A DNA stretch of 64,000 nt from Haliotis rubra (GCF_003918875.1 NW_025765891.1:2728001-2792000), one strand, 5' to 3'. Shown: positions 27,369 through 40,477, numbered from the stretch's first letter. The notes: generated by a model from the letters alone, not told the origin. Numbers and translations are program-made.

Positions 27369-27536
27369 TGAGTAAGTGAGTGAGTTTAGTTTACGCTGCT
27401 TTTAGCAATAGTCCAGCAATATCACGGCGGGGCACACCAGAAAAGGGCTTCAAACATTGTACACATGTGGGGAATCAAACTCGGGTCTTTGGCGTGACGA
27501 GCGAACACTTTAACCATTAGTATACTCCACTGCCCC
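27369..27536 (-). mobile_element. Family B SINE
   Basis: Homology. TSD CTGCATCRTCAG. Confidence 0.9.
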
Positions 27537-27754
27537 CTGCATCGTCAGACTCTCTGGCTTTGTTGATGGCAATATCAATCACTAGATTTGTCTAGATTCA
27601 AGTACTACCCACCATCTCGACTACCATTCCCTGTTGTAGAGGTTTATTATACACATTTATGAAGTTCTTCAGCAGGAATTTTCATTTTGTGTCGGTTTGT
27701 GCTGACAAGTGATTCTTGAGAGGGATCACAGCTGGGTTCATCATAAAGCTAATA

Positions 27755-27949
27755 TAGTCTGTCTCACAGTCCCTGAACTGCATTGTTTGCCCTTCCATCC
27801 AGCCCTTTCTACAATGCTAAAGCCCTAAATGAAGCAAGTCTAGATTTACTCAGGTTCATCTCCCATCTCAGTGGGGCTCCTTTTCAATTTAAAAGAAATT
27901 GTTTGTTTCTATCAAAGTTATATGCATTCAGAAACTAAGCTTTAATCTT
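27755..27949 (-). mobile_element. Family C element, inverted and older
   Basis: Reverse-complement homology to 42394-42591. Confidence 0.82.
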
Positions 27950-29117
27950 GGCCTAATAGAACAATGTTGTTTTGATAGCACTTAATTTTTAAATAGAGTA
28001 CAGTAAGCCATTTACTGCTTCCTGTTTCCTCAAAAGCCCAGGGCCTGTGGGGATACGTTACATTTAGAAGGGTTTGTTAAATTATGAAGTGTTTGGATTA
28101 TTTCTTCATCTGTGCTCTTTGTGTTGTCCTGAACAGTGAACAAGTGTGAGGATCGGTACTGTACATTATACTGTTGTTTTTTAGCTTAACTCCACATTCC
28201 GGAAAATATTCCAACCATATCACAGCCGCCTGTAAATAATCGAGTCTGGACCACTGCAGGATCACAATCCCACATGCATCATAAGAAGATGATATTTTGT
28301 ACTTCGAAAAGGTGGCGTATTGTAGTGAGTCAGCTCACAAGCATGCCCATGACAAGCATCTGATGACATTGCTGTACGTGAGGCCTCATTGTGTGACCAT
28401 TAATATACAACGATGATTCACATACAAAGTTACAACCACATAATGCAGTGATTGATAACGCCGGGGTATGATACCATACACTTACTATGTCAAATAGTCT
28501 GTCTACCTGATCGACATACCTATTGTCACCAGCATAGGCTGCTAGGGATCTATTTGCATTTGGTTTAAACATATTTTTATTCCGTCAATGCAGAAACCTG
28601 GATAGGAGAACAAGCCGAGTGGCTTATATAAACGCCGCTCCAGTACACGGTTCCAATATAGCTGGATACATAATTGAAAAGAATAATACTGAGACAAAAT
28701 TACACTCAGAAAAATTATTGAATAATAAATATTTGGTTATGGCGTTGGTTGTGCCTAGCAACGAAATGAGCTGCCGCAGAAAATCAAGTTATATAAATCT
28801 TGTCTTGCATTGAATATACATGTATATGTAGTGGTGATAATCACTGGAAGCGCTTACTTTTAGAAATGAACTGGTGTAATGAGTTGAGAATGTCACAATT
28901 GGTTGAGTTATCCAATACCCTATAAGGTATTTTTCACATCGTATCCTTGAATATAAAAAATTGCATTTGGTACACAAGGTCCATGTGTGCAATAAGTAAA
29001 CTGAAGTGAGTGAGTGAGTGTGATTGGGTTGATGCTGCTTGCACCAGTATTTCAGTTACATCAAAGCTTTATCAGATCAGAACAACGTGCCCACTTCAAT
29101 GAGGCTGTTTGAGAAGG

Positions 29118-29282
29118 GAATGAGTGAGTTTTTACTTTTCCGTCGCTTTTAGCCATATTCTAGCAATATCACGACAGGGGACACCAGAAATGGGCTTCAC
29201 ACATTGTTCCCATGTGGGGAATGGAACCCAGGTCTTCGGCGTGACAAGCAAACACTTTAACCACTAAGCTACCCCACTGCCC
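29118..29282 (-). mobile_element. Family B SINE
   Basis: Homology. TSD CTGTTTGAGAAGG. Confidence 0.9.
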
Positions 29283-29823
29283 CTGTTTGAGAAGGTATAA
29301 CTGGGGTTAATATCTTTAATAACATTTTTATCTTTACTCAGGATGATATAGCTTTTGACTGTAGTTCTCCCCCTGATGATGCTGATATAAACTCACTTAG
29401 GATCATGATCCTGTCTCTCTTAAGGGAAACAACTCTACATAAATGAGCAAATAGTCTCATTCTGCCTTGAGTATATAATATCATGTTTGATATCAATAAC
29501 TCATTTCCATGTGGAGGAATCGTAGATTCAGGGGAGCTAAAAGATGTTGTCTTGTGCAAACTATAATGTTTGGTATTGATTGTCTTCATCCAGGACTTGT
29601 TTCAGTGACAGCAAGTTGATGAATTGGTGATAATTCTCGTTTGACAGAGCTATGTAATAACTTGTTTCCACATCTGTTCACCATGCTGGCGTGTATGCAT
29701 GAGAATCACAGACAATACACGAAACCCTATAGTTTGATATGCAATGTGCAGTTACACTAGGGACAGGTCAGGTGAACATTACTGCACACTCCTCGATGGC
29801 ACATGCTGGTGCATGGAATGATG

Positions 29824-30008
29824 TAGACTAATGCTTAGTCTCTGAATATATATAGTTTTGATAGTAACAAACAAGCCCATTAAAATTGAAAAGGACCAGA
29901 GATTCTGAACCTGAGGAAATCTAGACTTGCTTTATTTAGGGCTTTAGCACTGCAGAGAGAGCTTGGCGGTGGGGAAAATAATGTGGTTCAGGACTGTGAG
30001 ACAGACTA
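29824..30008 (+). mobile_element. Family C element
   Basis: TSD GGAATGATG (29815-29823, 30009-30017). Confidence 0.9.
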
Positions 30009-30279
30009 GGAATGATGAGGCGAGAGCTTGACGACTGTTTATTGAGATTGGAAACAACTTATTAAATGAACAATGTCGCATCGTTGCAGTACATAGTGGA
30101 ATCAGACTCGGTATCGGTAATTCATTATGTGCCGAGACCCTATCCCCATAGATACAATGATTTCACAGTTCAACAGGTAAACTGTCCTGTTCATCGTCCT
30201 GTTCAATCGCTTATTGATTGTAACATTGAACTAAGGTTGCATTGTGACTTGCTGTAGTGTGTGAAAGGAAGTTATATGC

Positions 30280-31230
30280 GTGTTTCAAAGTGGTTGAGGG
30301 TTGGACATCGAAATAATGTTTCATTAGTGTAAACGACGTTCTACTACTATTATTCTAACTTACATTCGAAGTTGTACGTGAAGCACTTCCTGCTGCTAAC
30401 ATCGACAAAAAACGTAAGTCTTCGGAGCTATAGGTAAGCTCCTTCGGTAAAGTACGGCACGTCGTTCCGACCCGAATTAACGCGATCGTTGTTTACATCC
30501 GGTAAGGGAACCACGTGGAGTGGGTGTGTCAGCAAACCTCAAATAACACCGCATGTTGAAAGTGTCAGTTTTAGCTATGCAAACCTGATATTCTTTTAAA
30601 TGATAATTGTCCCTCATAATTAGATGTGACACTCTACGATTAAATCAATCCCTTTAATTATATATATATAACGAATGGGCACCTTTCGACATGCGAACCC
30701 GGAAGTATTAATTGCAAGATAACCTAGCAGACGATTTTGCTCTGTCCGTAAACACTATTACAACGTCACTTTGATAACAACTTGATATTGATTTCACTTT
30801 AAAGAAGCAAGTTTTATAAACAATAATTGTAACAACCGTGTGTCGTGAAGTGTACGGGAATAAACCAGACTCGCTATCAAAATTAAATATGTACGGGCTA
30901 TATATAAAACCTACATTCGTGTTCAGACACGTCGCGGAATCCAACAAAGAGACGAGAATATTTTACATTACTGGCCACAATAGCGGATACTGACATTAAC
31001 CTAACGGGTATTATCTCATTTCACATCTGACCGATGCTGATCCCACAGTTTCAGCAGCGATGGAGGGGGGCACAATGAGGAGACGGACGATGTGTGTGAC
31101 CTGGCGCTCTTCAATTACCAGGAGAGAGGGGCGACAGTCACACTTACGTCACCCAACGGTGGCATCATTACCGCCATAAACCCTTCCCTCTGTTGAAACT
31201 GACCTTGTCAAAGTTGGTAGAGTATGTTAC
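30280..31230. promoter_or_regulatory. CpG-rich, probably bidirectional promoter / first-exon region
   Basis: Clear local rise in CpG in a CpG-poor window. ETS-like motifs CACTTCCTG (~30384) and CCGGAAGT (~30699), TGTTTACATCCGG (~30490), E-box CACGTG (~30512). GTAAGT donors on both strands (minus 30363, plus 30414, minus 31147). NT5C2 needs an upstream 5'UTR exon. Confidence 0.6.
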
Positions 31231-31232
31231 TG

Positions 31233-31550
31233 TCGACAGCCTTACAAAGTTCATTGGGCTTATGTATATGTATATATATATTATAAGTAACAATGTATCC
31301 TTTTCAACAACTTAGAATTATTGGCTTTCATTTCAGAGCTAGATATGCTTACCAGCTGCATATATGTATATATACATATATCGACAGCCTTACAAAGTTC
31401 ATTGTGCTTATGTGTGTGTATATAAATATATTCAGAGCTAGATATTCTTACCAGCTGCATATATATATTTTATAAGTAACAATGTATCCTTTTCAACAAC
31501 TTAGAATTTTTGGCTTTCATTTCAGAGCTAGATATGCTTACCAGCTGCAT
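31233..31550. repeat. Local imperfect tandem duplication
   Basis: TCGACAGCCTTACAAAGTTCATTG at 31233 and 31381. TAAGTAACAATGTATCC...GCTGCATAT at ~31284 and ~31473. Confidence 0.85.
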
Positions 31551-34500
31551 ATTTTATTGATTTTTCATGTACATATGTTATGAATTTTATACTCATGTTG
31601 TGAAAATTAAAACAGTAATGGTTTTAATTTACTTGTCAGTGTGGTAATGTGAATTCTATCATTTGCTCTTTGAGCAAATGTATTTTAACAAGTCACCATT
31701 ATTTCATCATGCATTTTGTTTTAATTTGACCAATTTTTTCAAATTGTTGTTTGGCTCATGGTTCCATTTATTCAGCTCTGATGTACTGTATGAATCTGAA
31801 GTGAAATGTGTGAAGCGTGAACTCATTGTCCATGTACTGAATGACATACTGGGGATTAAGATAACCGATTCCACTCAATATATGATGGAAACAGGTCTGC
31901 CTCTGTTACAGTGGGACATGTTCACAGGGTGAGAAACTAGCAGATGTTTGAAAGCTCAAATATGGTGTTATAACTTTATTAAAATGTGGAGTTTAATATT
32001 GAAACTTTTAATCAATCTTTGATAACAATGCATCAGTGTTGTGTTTCAGAAGAAAGTTCAAGATGAAGAGAAGACACTGGACCTTTGTTGCAAAGTTTCA
32101 AGGCCAAGACGGACAGCATATTGTGAAGGCAAGAAAAAATTTAGCTTGAAGTATTTACAAAAATAAATAAAAGAGAAATGTTAGTTTAATAATGGCAACA
32201 AGACATAAATTAGCTTATGAAACAGATGGTCTGCTTTCTAGAGTTCATCATCTCATTTGTTTTGTGTGGTGAATCTATAATGATCTACATTTTCCTCTTG
32301 GTTTAAAGAAGGCTCCCCAGAAAGATCATAAAAAACACAAACAGTGGCAACTCTAAATGGTTTTGTCATATCAACAGGGAATGTTTACTTTCATATTCTT
32401 AGTTTATTTCTCAACATTTCTGCCAGGTCCACATGTGTAACTAAGAATCAATGACCTTGTTATGGTTTGACCTGTTGTCCTAATCATCATCACCAATCCC
32501 AAATCTCTGACATTGTCATCATTTCCCAATGGTAGGGATTGATTCTCAATCAGCAGTATGCTGGTCCTCAGGTGATTATCTAAAGGTCACTGTGATAATA
32601 CTGGTGAGGCATGAGGTATAACTGGCTTGCTGTTTCACCCATAGGCTTCATATAGATATAAAGTCTTATTAATTTTACAATACCCCTTTGATAGTGTCAA
32701 GTGTATACATACATATCCCAAGGGTTATTAAATGTTTTACTGTGTGAGAAAGTGACAGTCCAAACGCATTAGCTAATATTAATGCAAATATATCAAGGAC
32801 TGAATGAAAACTTGGGAGACAAGTGGGTATGGCGTTTCCCCATGATGATTAAAGCCTGGGTTTGATTCCTAGGTATCAGAGGTGAAACTTCTTTTTGGTG
32901 TCCTCCAATGTGACATTACTTGAATAGGTCATGTGCATGCTTGCCTGGTTACCCATTTACCAGCCTACTCACTAACTCACATTGTATGTGTTTTTATTAA
33001 AGGCTTTTTCAAACATTGTATAATACCGACTAAGTAGATGAACACTTAGTCTCTGAATATATATAGTTTGGATAGAAACAACCAAATTTCTTATGAATTG
33101 AAAAAGAGGTCAAGTGAGTGAAATCTAGACTTGACTCATTTAGGGCTTCAGCATTGTAGATATGGTGTGTAATGGAAAATAATACTCACTCACTCACCCA
33201 CTCACCCACTCACCCACTCACTCACTCACTCAGTTCCTTTGTTGTATTTCCCTAAAGCAAACCACAAATACAAGTTCCCTTAATACATCCACCTACACAC
33301 AGATTTGGAAGTCATGAAAACTGTAATCTGATAGTATTAATTTTATCAGATAGGAGAATAGGCCATGGGACATTACAAACAGGAAATTAGCCTTGGTTTG
33401 TTTACCACTGTGACCACTCAACACAATATAGGGCCAAATAGCTGGGAAGCCCACCAGCTCCCTACTTACAGGGCACTGCCTACCTCGGATCATGTCAGGG
33501 GTCACCGGTAGTAAAACAGAGTCCCAACAGTCCTTTGTTGGGGCCTTGAGACTGGTCAACATTGTCTGAAAGGCTTATCAACATACCGGGGTGGCGTTAT
33601 TATTTCTGTTTTTCGGGTAGCGGAATAGCTCCTTTGATGGTGCTAACACTTGTGCCCTACTCATTTCAGAGTTTGATTCCTTACAATGGGTGTATGTGTA
33701 TCAGGACAATTGTTCATGTTTCCCTGCGTCAAAAAAATATCATTGTATATATGGTGTAGTATTTCTTTGTCTTTGATGTGGCCGAGATGACTAGGGTATT
33801 AATGTGTTGCTGTCGCTGGTTGGATTTATCCGACAGGTGGTTTGGCTGAAACCTGTCCCTACTCTGGGGTGGGCGTGGGTAGAGAGGATGTTTGAAGGAG
33901 GTGCACTGACACCCTGTGTTCAGACTCTGTATGTGTCTAATAACATGTGTTGTATGTGTCTAATAATGTGTCAGTCTCTCTATCACGATATTCACTGTGA
34001 GATTTGCCCAGTTTCTTGATGATACCAAGTCATCATTAGATGAGTAAACCCACCTTATCATTATATAATGTACACTTCTATAACATAGGTAATACAGACT
34101 TATCAAGGTCAACTTTGGGCCAATATCTGTTTAATTTTTTCGTATTATTCTTTTTGGCCATGTAATGTTCCAAACTTTGCAGTCTGTCTTAAATATGGGA
34201 TTTGTTCGTAATAAGTAAAATATTTTATCTAATTATCATTGTGTAGGTGTAAAGAACAGGTGCTCAGTAATTTATATTTTTTTCGTTTTGTCACATTAAG
34301 TGTTAAGTAAATGGAAATTAATGTAAATGGATTGTTGAAATTAACATTCATGTTTAAAAGGTAAGGTTATGTATTTTCCAAAATTTGTATGCCTGTATTG
34401 TATTAAAATTCAAGAAAAACAGTTGTCCATTCAGTTTGTGGGACCCACTTCTGAACAGAAGGATCACACGAACTTTCCTGTCCTCTCAAAATTGAAAAAG

Positions 34501-35910
34501 CATCCCCTGCTGGTCATGTGATCATAAATTTAGAGGAAGTAGTTAACTTCACCCTGGGAAGACATTTATTGGCTGACCTCCGACCTGTGGGGGTCACCGT
34601 GAATGCTGATAGACTCCGGCAAAGGTGTACCATGGTTGAACTGAATGTTTGCAAGGTACAATAGGAACAAATTGGACATTTTTCAGTATCCAAAACAACA
34701 TATGGCATAAATGGGTTGAATTTTGTATGGCTATAGATTCCTTGAAAGGAGAATTTAAAGAGTGAGTTTGTTCGGCTGCTTCTCCTGCAATATCACATTG
34801 GGGACACCAGAAATATCCTTCATGCATTGTAATGATGTTAGGAATTGAACTCAGGTCCTGAGTGTGATGAGAAAACACTTTAACCACTAGGCTACCTAAC
34901 AACCTGAGAATTAAAAGCAAATTATCTTAGAAATTTGATGTCTGAAATTAAGCTTCTTTGTTAAGTTTAGGACCTTTTTGACCAATCACAGAGCTAGTGG
35001 ATGTTTATACAGAACTTAGTAGCACATAATACCTATATCAGGCTTAGAAAATGTGGGAACTCTATCTCTTTTGAACTGTTTGTCATAAAATATGTATGAC
35101 GTAGAGGTAAGGATTTACATCTTGTATCTTAAACCAGCTATAAACTGTTGTCATAGAAGGGTAGTTTTACATGAGAGAACAAAACATATTTTCTCAAGCC
35201 TGCAAGTATGGAGAAATGTGATCTGCAAGACAAATGGCCATTGCATCCAGCTGCACACCGACACTGACACCGGGCTGGTTGGTGTGTGTCTTAGTAGATG
35301 AGTAGTGTCACTTGATCCTGTAACTGTGTAAAACACAGGGGCTGTATACTGATTTACTGCAATACACTGAGATTGTCTGCAGTGCACTACGGCAAGATTG
35401 TTCTCACCTGCAATATGACATTACTTGGTTGCAGTTTACTGCAGTATGCTCTTTTAGGTTGTGAGGCATACATGATGTGTGTAATATAAGGGGTGTTCTT
35501 GTAATTCTGCTCATTCCAAGAACATAAGCTTGATCATTTCTGACTGTTTTGATTTTCACTGGTATGCTATTTGCTATACAATATACAATGTTAGCTTTGT
35601 TTGTGGTACTCATTATTCATACTTTCATATTTTACATTCTAGTTTCTGAAAACCTTTCAAGGCATGTTTAGAAAAGGAATACATTTATAACAATAAGTAA
35701 AATGTTATGGTTATATTTCTGCTGTGGGAAAATTGTATTGCAGTTAACTAATGCATATATATGTCTGTTATGTGCCTTGTTCATGTTTGTCCAAACTAGT
35801 AATACAACAAGATTGAAGTAGACGAAATACTAGGGTGAGTGAGGGAATTGGGTTTGATAGTGCTTAAACAACATTCAAGTTATATCCCGGCACTTCAGCT
35901 AAAGGTTGAG

Positions 35911-36068
35911 TAAGTGAGTGAATTTGGTTTCGCAACACTTTTACCAGTATTCCAGCAGTATTACAGCAGGGGACACCAGAAATGGGCTTCACATATTGGG
36001 GAATCGAAACCTGTTTTTTGGCATGACAAGCAAACCCTTTAACCACTAGGCTACCCCACCGCCCCTCC
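35911..36068 (-). mobile_element. Family B SINE inside the kinase relic (another degenerate copy at ~34758-34903)
   Basis: Homology to family B. Confidence 0.88.
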
Positions 36069-36480
36069 TTTAAGGTTTGAGGAAAGCTGGAACTAATGTA
36101 GGTCCCGTTTAAGGACTTTGATGAAACCCATGTGCAAAGGTATGATGCTAACATACTTAAGGACATCATCAGGGTGAACTGGGATTCAAACTCATGATCA
36201 TGAGCTTCTATTCTAAAGGGAAGCAACTCTGCAGGTTTGCCTGGGTCCACTGGGCCACCCCAACCCCTTAAGATGTTAGGATGAATAACAAGAGACATCA
36301 TATATACCGGTATGGCCTCCAGCGTAATTGTGACATGTTTATTCTGATCAGGTATTTATGAATCATATCCCATTATCCTGTAATCATATAACATACCTGT
36401 CATTCCAGTGAAACACGTTTTATATGGAGATTTAAACTTAATGGTGTTATAGGCAAACTTCCCTATTTTCATCTCACAGT

Positions 36481-36720
36481 GTATTACCTGGTCATCCTGA
36501 ACACTGTTAGACCCAGATAACCCGCGTGTATTCACAACAGCTAATTTCACAGTATAATGTCGGAATCCGTTTTACATCCGTGAATACTTGAGTGAAAAGT
36601 CTGTAAGGTGACACTAAGCAGAAGACGTTGTCGTATTACACATATTGTCAGATCATGTGACACAATGTACTTGTTTGTCATGGAGGGACCCGACGATCTG
36701 ACATTTGATGGCTTTCCCGG
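36481..36720 (+). pseudogene. Possible decayed CUB-domain exon
   Basis: Frameshifted pieces PRVFTTANF, EDVVVLHIL and SCDTMYLFVMEGPDD resemble CUB motifs (TSPNFP; C..DYL.V.DGP). Preceded by a cacag acceptor. Confidence 0.3.
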
Positions 36721-37469
36721 GATTTATATGAACCTGTTCAGAGGCCTATATTTGGACCCAATCTACAGCAAATGTCAGTTAAAAATCTCAAATTTGAATT
36801 TAAATTTTCCCAATTCATGTTAACGAAGTCACATCTTGTTTATTTTGTGGAGATGACTTTATTTTACTGATAACAGACCTCAGTACAATAAAGAAGAAGA
36901 TGCTTCAGTTTACATATCTGCATTGAATATCTGAACTCAAGAAATAAATGAACTCCCAATTTTGAAGAAAAATATGATTTATTCCACTTTTCTTGCCAAG
37001 AGCACTTAGCCTGGAATCCAAGACATGTTCCTCACTTTTATCACATCAGGGGTTGGTTTATGTGTTTGTAGCCAAATTTATACATATCCTGCTGTGAATG
37101 TTTAATTTCATGTAACCTACCCTTGTGTCTTCCTTCCCGATGATGAATGGCCATCAGACAAGTGTCACCTTTGTTTAACACTAGCACCCTGGTTATTCTA
37201 GGTAAGAGTTAGTCTAAGGCAATGTGTGCTGTTCCTTAAGTCAGAATGGATGAGATAGGTTGGGTCAGTAGATTCTGTCAGTCGTGTGTCATCGTACAGC
37301 ATGGTTCGCAATATTAATCACTGGTTTGCCTGGTCCAGATTTGATTTTCATATTTGCCACAGTGAAGTAGGTAGAATATTTGTGAGTGCAGCATCGAACC
37401 GAATGAAACCAACTTGATTTGTTAGCACAAATTGCTAAAGTCAGGACTTCATCAGTATTCGTTGGGAGG

Positions 37470-37621
37470 GAGTGAGTGTATGGTTTAATGACATGTTTAG
37501 CAACATTCCAGCAATATCACGGTAGGGGAACCCACACATTGTACCCATGTGGGGAATCAAACCTGGTTTTCAGGTTGATTGGAGAATGCTTTAACCACCT
37601 GGCTATCTATCCCACCATCCC
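37470..37621 (-). mobile_element. Family B SINE, degenerate
   Basis: Homology to family B. Confidence 0.8.
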
Positions 37622-38242
37622 TTGGGTTTGAGTGATGTATAGATGTGTTGTAGTATGTATCGGCCTGAGCACTCAACTGTGAATGTAGTTGTGAGAAGCT
37701 GAAGGGGAGAGTACTGACTGTGGTTGTTCTTAAATTGTAACTTTTCTTATGTAGATCTTGGTGGTTTTAGCAAATGTGCTATTTTTTTTATTTTAGTGAA
37801 AAAAGTCTGTCCTGTTTTTATGTGCCCCTCTCCTAAATGGTCAGGTCACCTTAACCCTGATATAAATAACCAGCCCCTCACTAATGGCGTATCTATCACT
37901 CATTAAAGAACGATTCCTCCCTAAATATTGATTTGGGTTGTCATCTTTCATGTTTTTCATCAATAATTCATATTTGATGACCTACCTAGATCAAACCTCT
38001 CATCCTCACGTACAATATCTCAGGCCGATTTCACACGGAAATGTTAGATAATCAAGAAGAGAGTTGGAGGGGTTGGCTGCTGGTCCTTTGTTGACATCAA
38101 TAATTATAGATGTCAGACCTACTGCCCTGGACTAGATGATTGCAGGGCCACTGACTGATAATCTCAAACTACACCTTATCAGGGCATTACATACTGTTCT
38201 AATATTCTAATTTATTGACTGACCAACTGGTGTCACATCCAC

Positions 38243-38509
38243 AAACAGAAATGACTGACTGAGTTTGGTTTTATGCCGCTATTAGCAATATTCCAGCAAC
38301 ATCATGGCGGGGGACACCAGAAATGGAAACAGAAATGACTGACTGAGTTTGGTTTTATGCCGCTATTAGTAATATTCCAGCCACATCATGGCGGGGGACA
38401 CCAGAAATGGAAACAGAAATGACTGACTGACTGAGTTTGGTTTTACGCCGCTGTTAGCAATATTCCAGCAACATCACGCGGGGGACACCAGAAATGGTAA
38501 CAGAAATGA
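38243..38509. repeat. Three tandem ~84-bp copies of a family B SINE 3' end
   Basis: Units start at 38243, 38327 and 38411. Confidence 0.9.
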
Positions 38510-40210
38510 AACAGAACAATTCGAACGCAAGCTTGTCCATGAAGATCCAGGTTATAATTCTTCTTCAGAGACCCATACTTGCACAATTTGACAATCTGGG
38601 TTAAAATCAGTCTTCGATGATTGTTTTAAGGGTGATTAACTGGATAGGGTGGTCACCTGGTTGATACATGTTATCTTATGTCAGTTGTGTAGATCATAGA
38701 TCGATAGCTTATGTCAGTTGTGTAGATCATAGATCGATAGGACAAATCCATCTATGAGTGGGGGCACAGGTGGCCCTGTTGTTTAAGGTATCACAGTTTG
38801 CTGTAAAAAAACTGGGTCCCTTAAGCACGCCAGTCACCTATGATCTGGGATTTGAACTGGGATCTTTCTAGGTTTCTCAGCACCATACCCAAAGTATGGG
38901 TTTCAACTCCCTCTGCGAGTGAACGAGTGAGTGAGTGAGTGAGTTGAAACTGAAGTAAATATTGTTTCAAGTTCTAATGTTTATGTTACTATGACAGTTT
39001 TCAGCTGAGTATTTGTATACAGATATCTTGGCGAGGGTGTATGATACATTTTTGATGTGGTGTGTGTGGCTTCAAGTTTCAGTGCTGGGTACACAGAGGC
39101 ACAGCGTTTATCAACATTGTGTTACTAGTACCTAGAGACCTCGAAGTAGGAGTCTGGTTTGTCAATTGGACCAAAAAACTCTGCCCTCAAAAACAACAAA
39201 ATAGATTTTGTTTTGGATGTTGTTTTTCAAAATACTAGTTTACCATATTTCAATTCTGTTTTCTTTCAATACATATTTATCTGATCAACATTTTTATCAA
39301 CAGAATAATCTGAAAAGACTGGGCAAGTCATCATCGGCAGGACATGTATTTGGTTTAGGATAAATCAAACCTGGCATTGTTTCCACTGTAACAATCAAAA
39401 AAGGATTTGACTGAACTTTATGGGGAATGTCACCAGCTGGAATTTGTTCTCCCCCTGTGAAGATCTTTCCACATGTAGCTCATCACAACACTTCTGCTCC
39501 ACGTATAACATGTCGTTATATGTTTCTCATGGAATAAGATTCCTTTGACCGATTTTGTCATAAAGTTAGGAAAATATTCAGTTTTTACTCACAAAATGAA
39601 ATGTCATGTTTCTTTTCTTTATAGGAAAAAAAAAAGAATATACATGTATACAAAAGTCAAAAATAAGTGTTTAAAGTTATTTTTCAGGAAGAATGTATTG
39701 TTTCTGAGTGTGAAGTACAGTTTTCATGGCCTGACAAAGATATTGTCATAAATGGTGGAAAACTTCTTTCATAATGTAATGAAAATGGAATACTTGTGCA
39801 ATGGTATGTACCTTACAATTTGTGTTGGTTTTTTTCATATATAGGAACTGTTGTGTTCAAGATATTCCACTTTCTACTGAACCCAGACAAAGCTTAGGGT
39901 AGAAAATATCATGTGAACATTTTAAGAAACTGCTCATCTCAATTGCTAATTTGCCAACTCTTCAAAGTAGTCACTTTAAACATTCATTAGAAGTTCTTTA
40001 GATGAACTTCACAACCGCAATTTGGGATATACCTTTTATGTATGTATAAAACTGATAATATTTTTGTCAACCATTGTGACATGTTTTGGAAAATGTACAG
40101 CAAAGTCAGATATGTGACTGTTTAAGCCCCGAAGTAATTATATTAGCATCAATATTGGCTGCTTCCTTAGCTATTTGTGTATTATCTATATGTACCCGTT
40201 TCATTATTAG

Positions 40211-40363
40211 TGGGGGGAGGTGGGGTAGTCTAGTGGGTACAACGTTCGCTGTGTTCAATTTCCCACTTGGGTACAATGTGTGTAGCCCATCTCTGGTGTT
40301 CCCGACTGTGATATTGCTGGAATATTGCTAAAAGCGTCATTAAACCCAACTCACTCACTCACT
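40211..40363 (+). mobile_element. Family B SINE
   Basis: Homology. TSD-like CATWATTAGTG on both sides. Confidence 0.85.
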
Positions 40364-40477
40364 CATAATTAGTGTTTGGAGGATCTGTTAAACTAGACTC
40401 CACACTGATCAGGTGTGATATATACATTTACAACTGGGATGGGGGTCAGGTGAATCAGAGAAGGGTCAGCAATAAAT

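Larger units (their letters stand above)
31055..36215 (+). pseudogene. Decayed intron-containing SH3 + Ser/Thr (TKL-like) protein kinase gene
   Basis: Exon-like pieces in colinear domain order: 31055-31216 ALFNYQ..LT...GIITAIN (SH3-like); 31776-31928; 32050-32128 FVAKFQGQDGQHIVK; 34435-34655 VLSKLKKHPLLV / IINLEEVVNFTLGRHL...VCK; 35138-35360 AINCCHRRVVLH..TKHIF / CKYGEM*SARQM..TPGW / SC...GCIL; 36087-36215 LELM*VPFKD...LKDIIRVNW. The first three junctions are phase-compatible. Stops and frameshifts are present. Confidence 0.6.

Noticed and set aside
34434-34460. VCGTHF*TE: THAP-like CxxHF, or an in-frame TGA as selenocysteine
   Set aside because: The frame that joins the previous exon is a different one and gives kinase motifs. 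No SECIS or other THAP residues seen.
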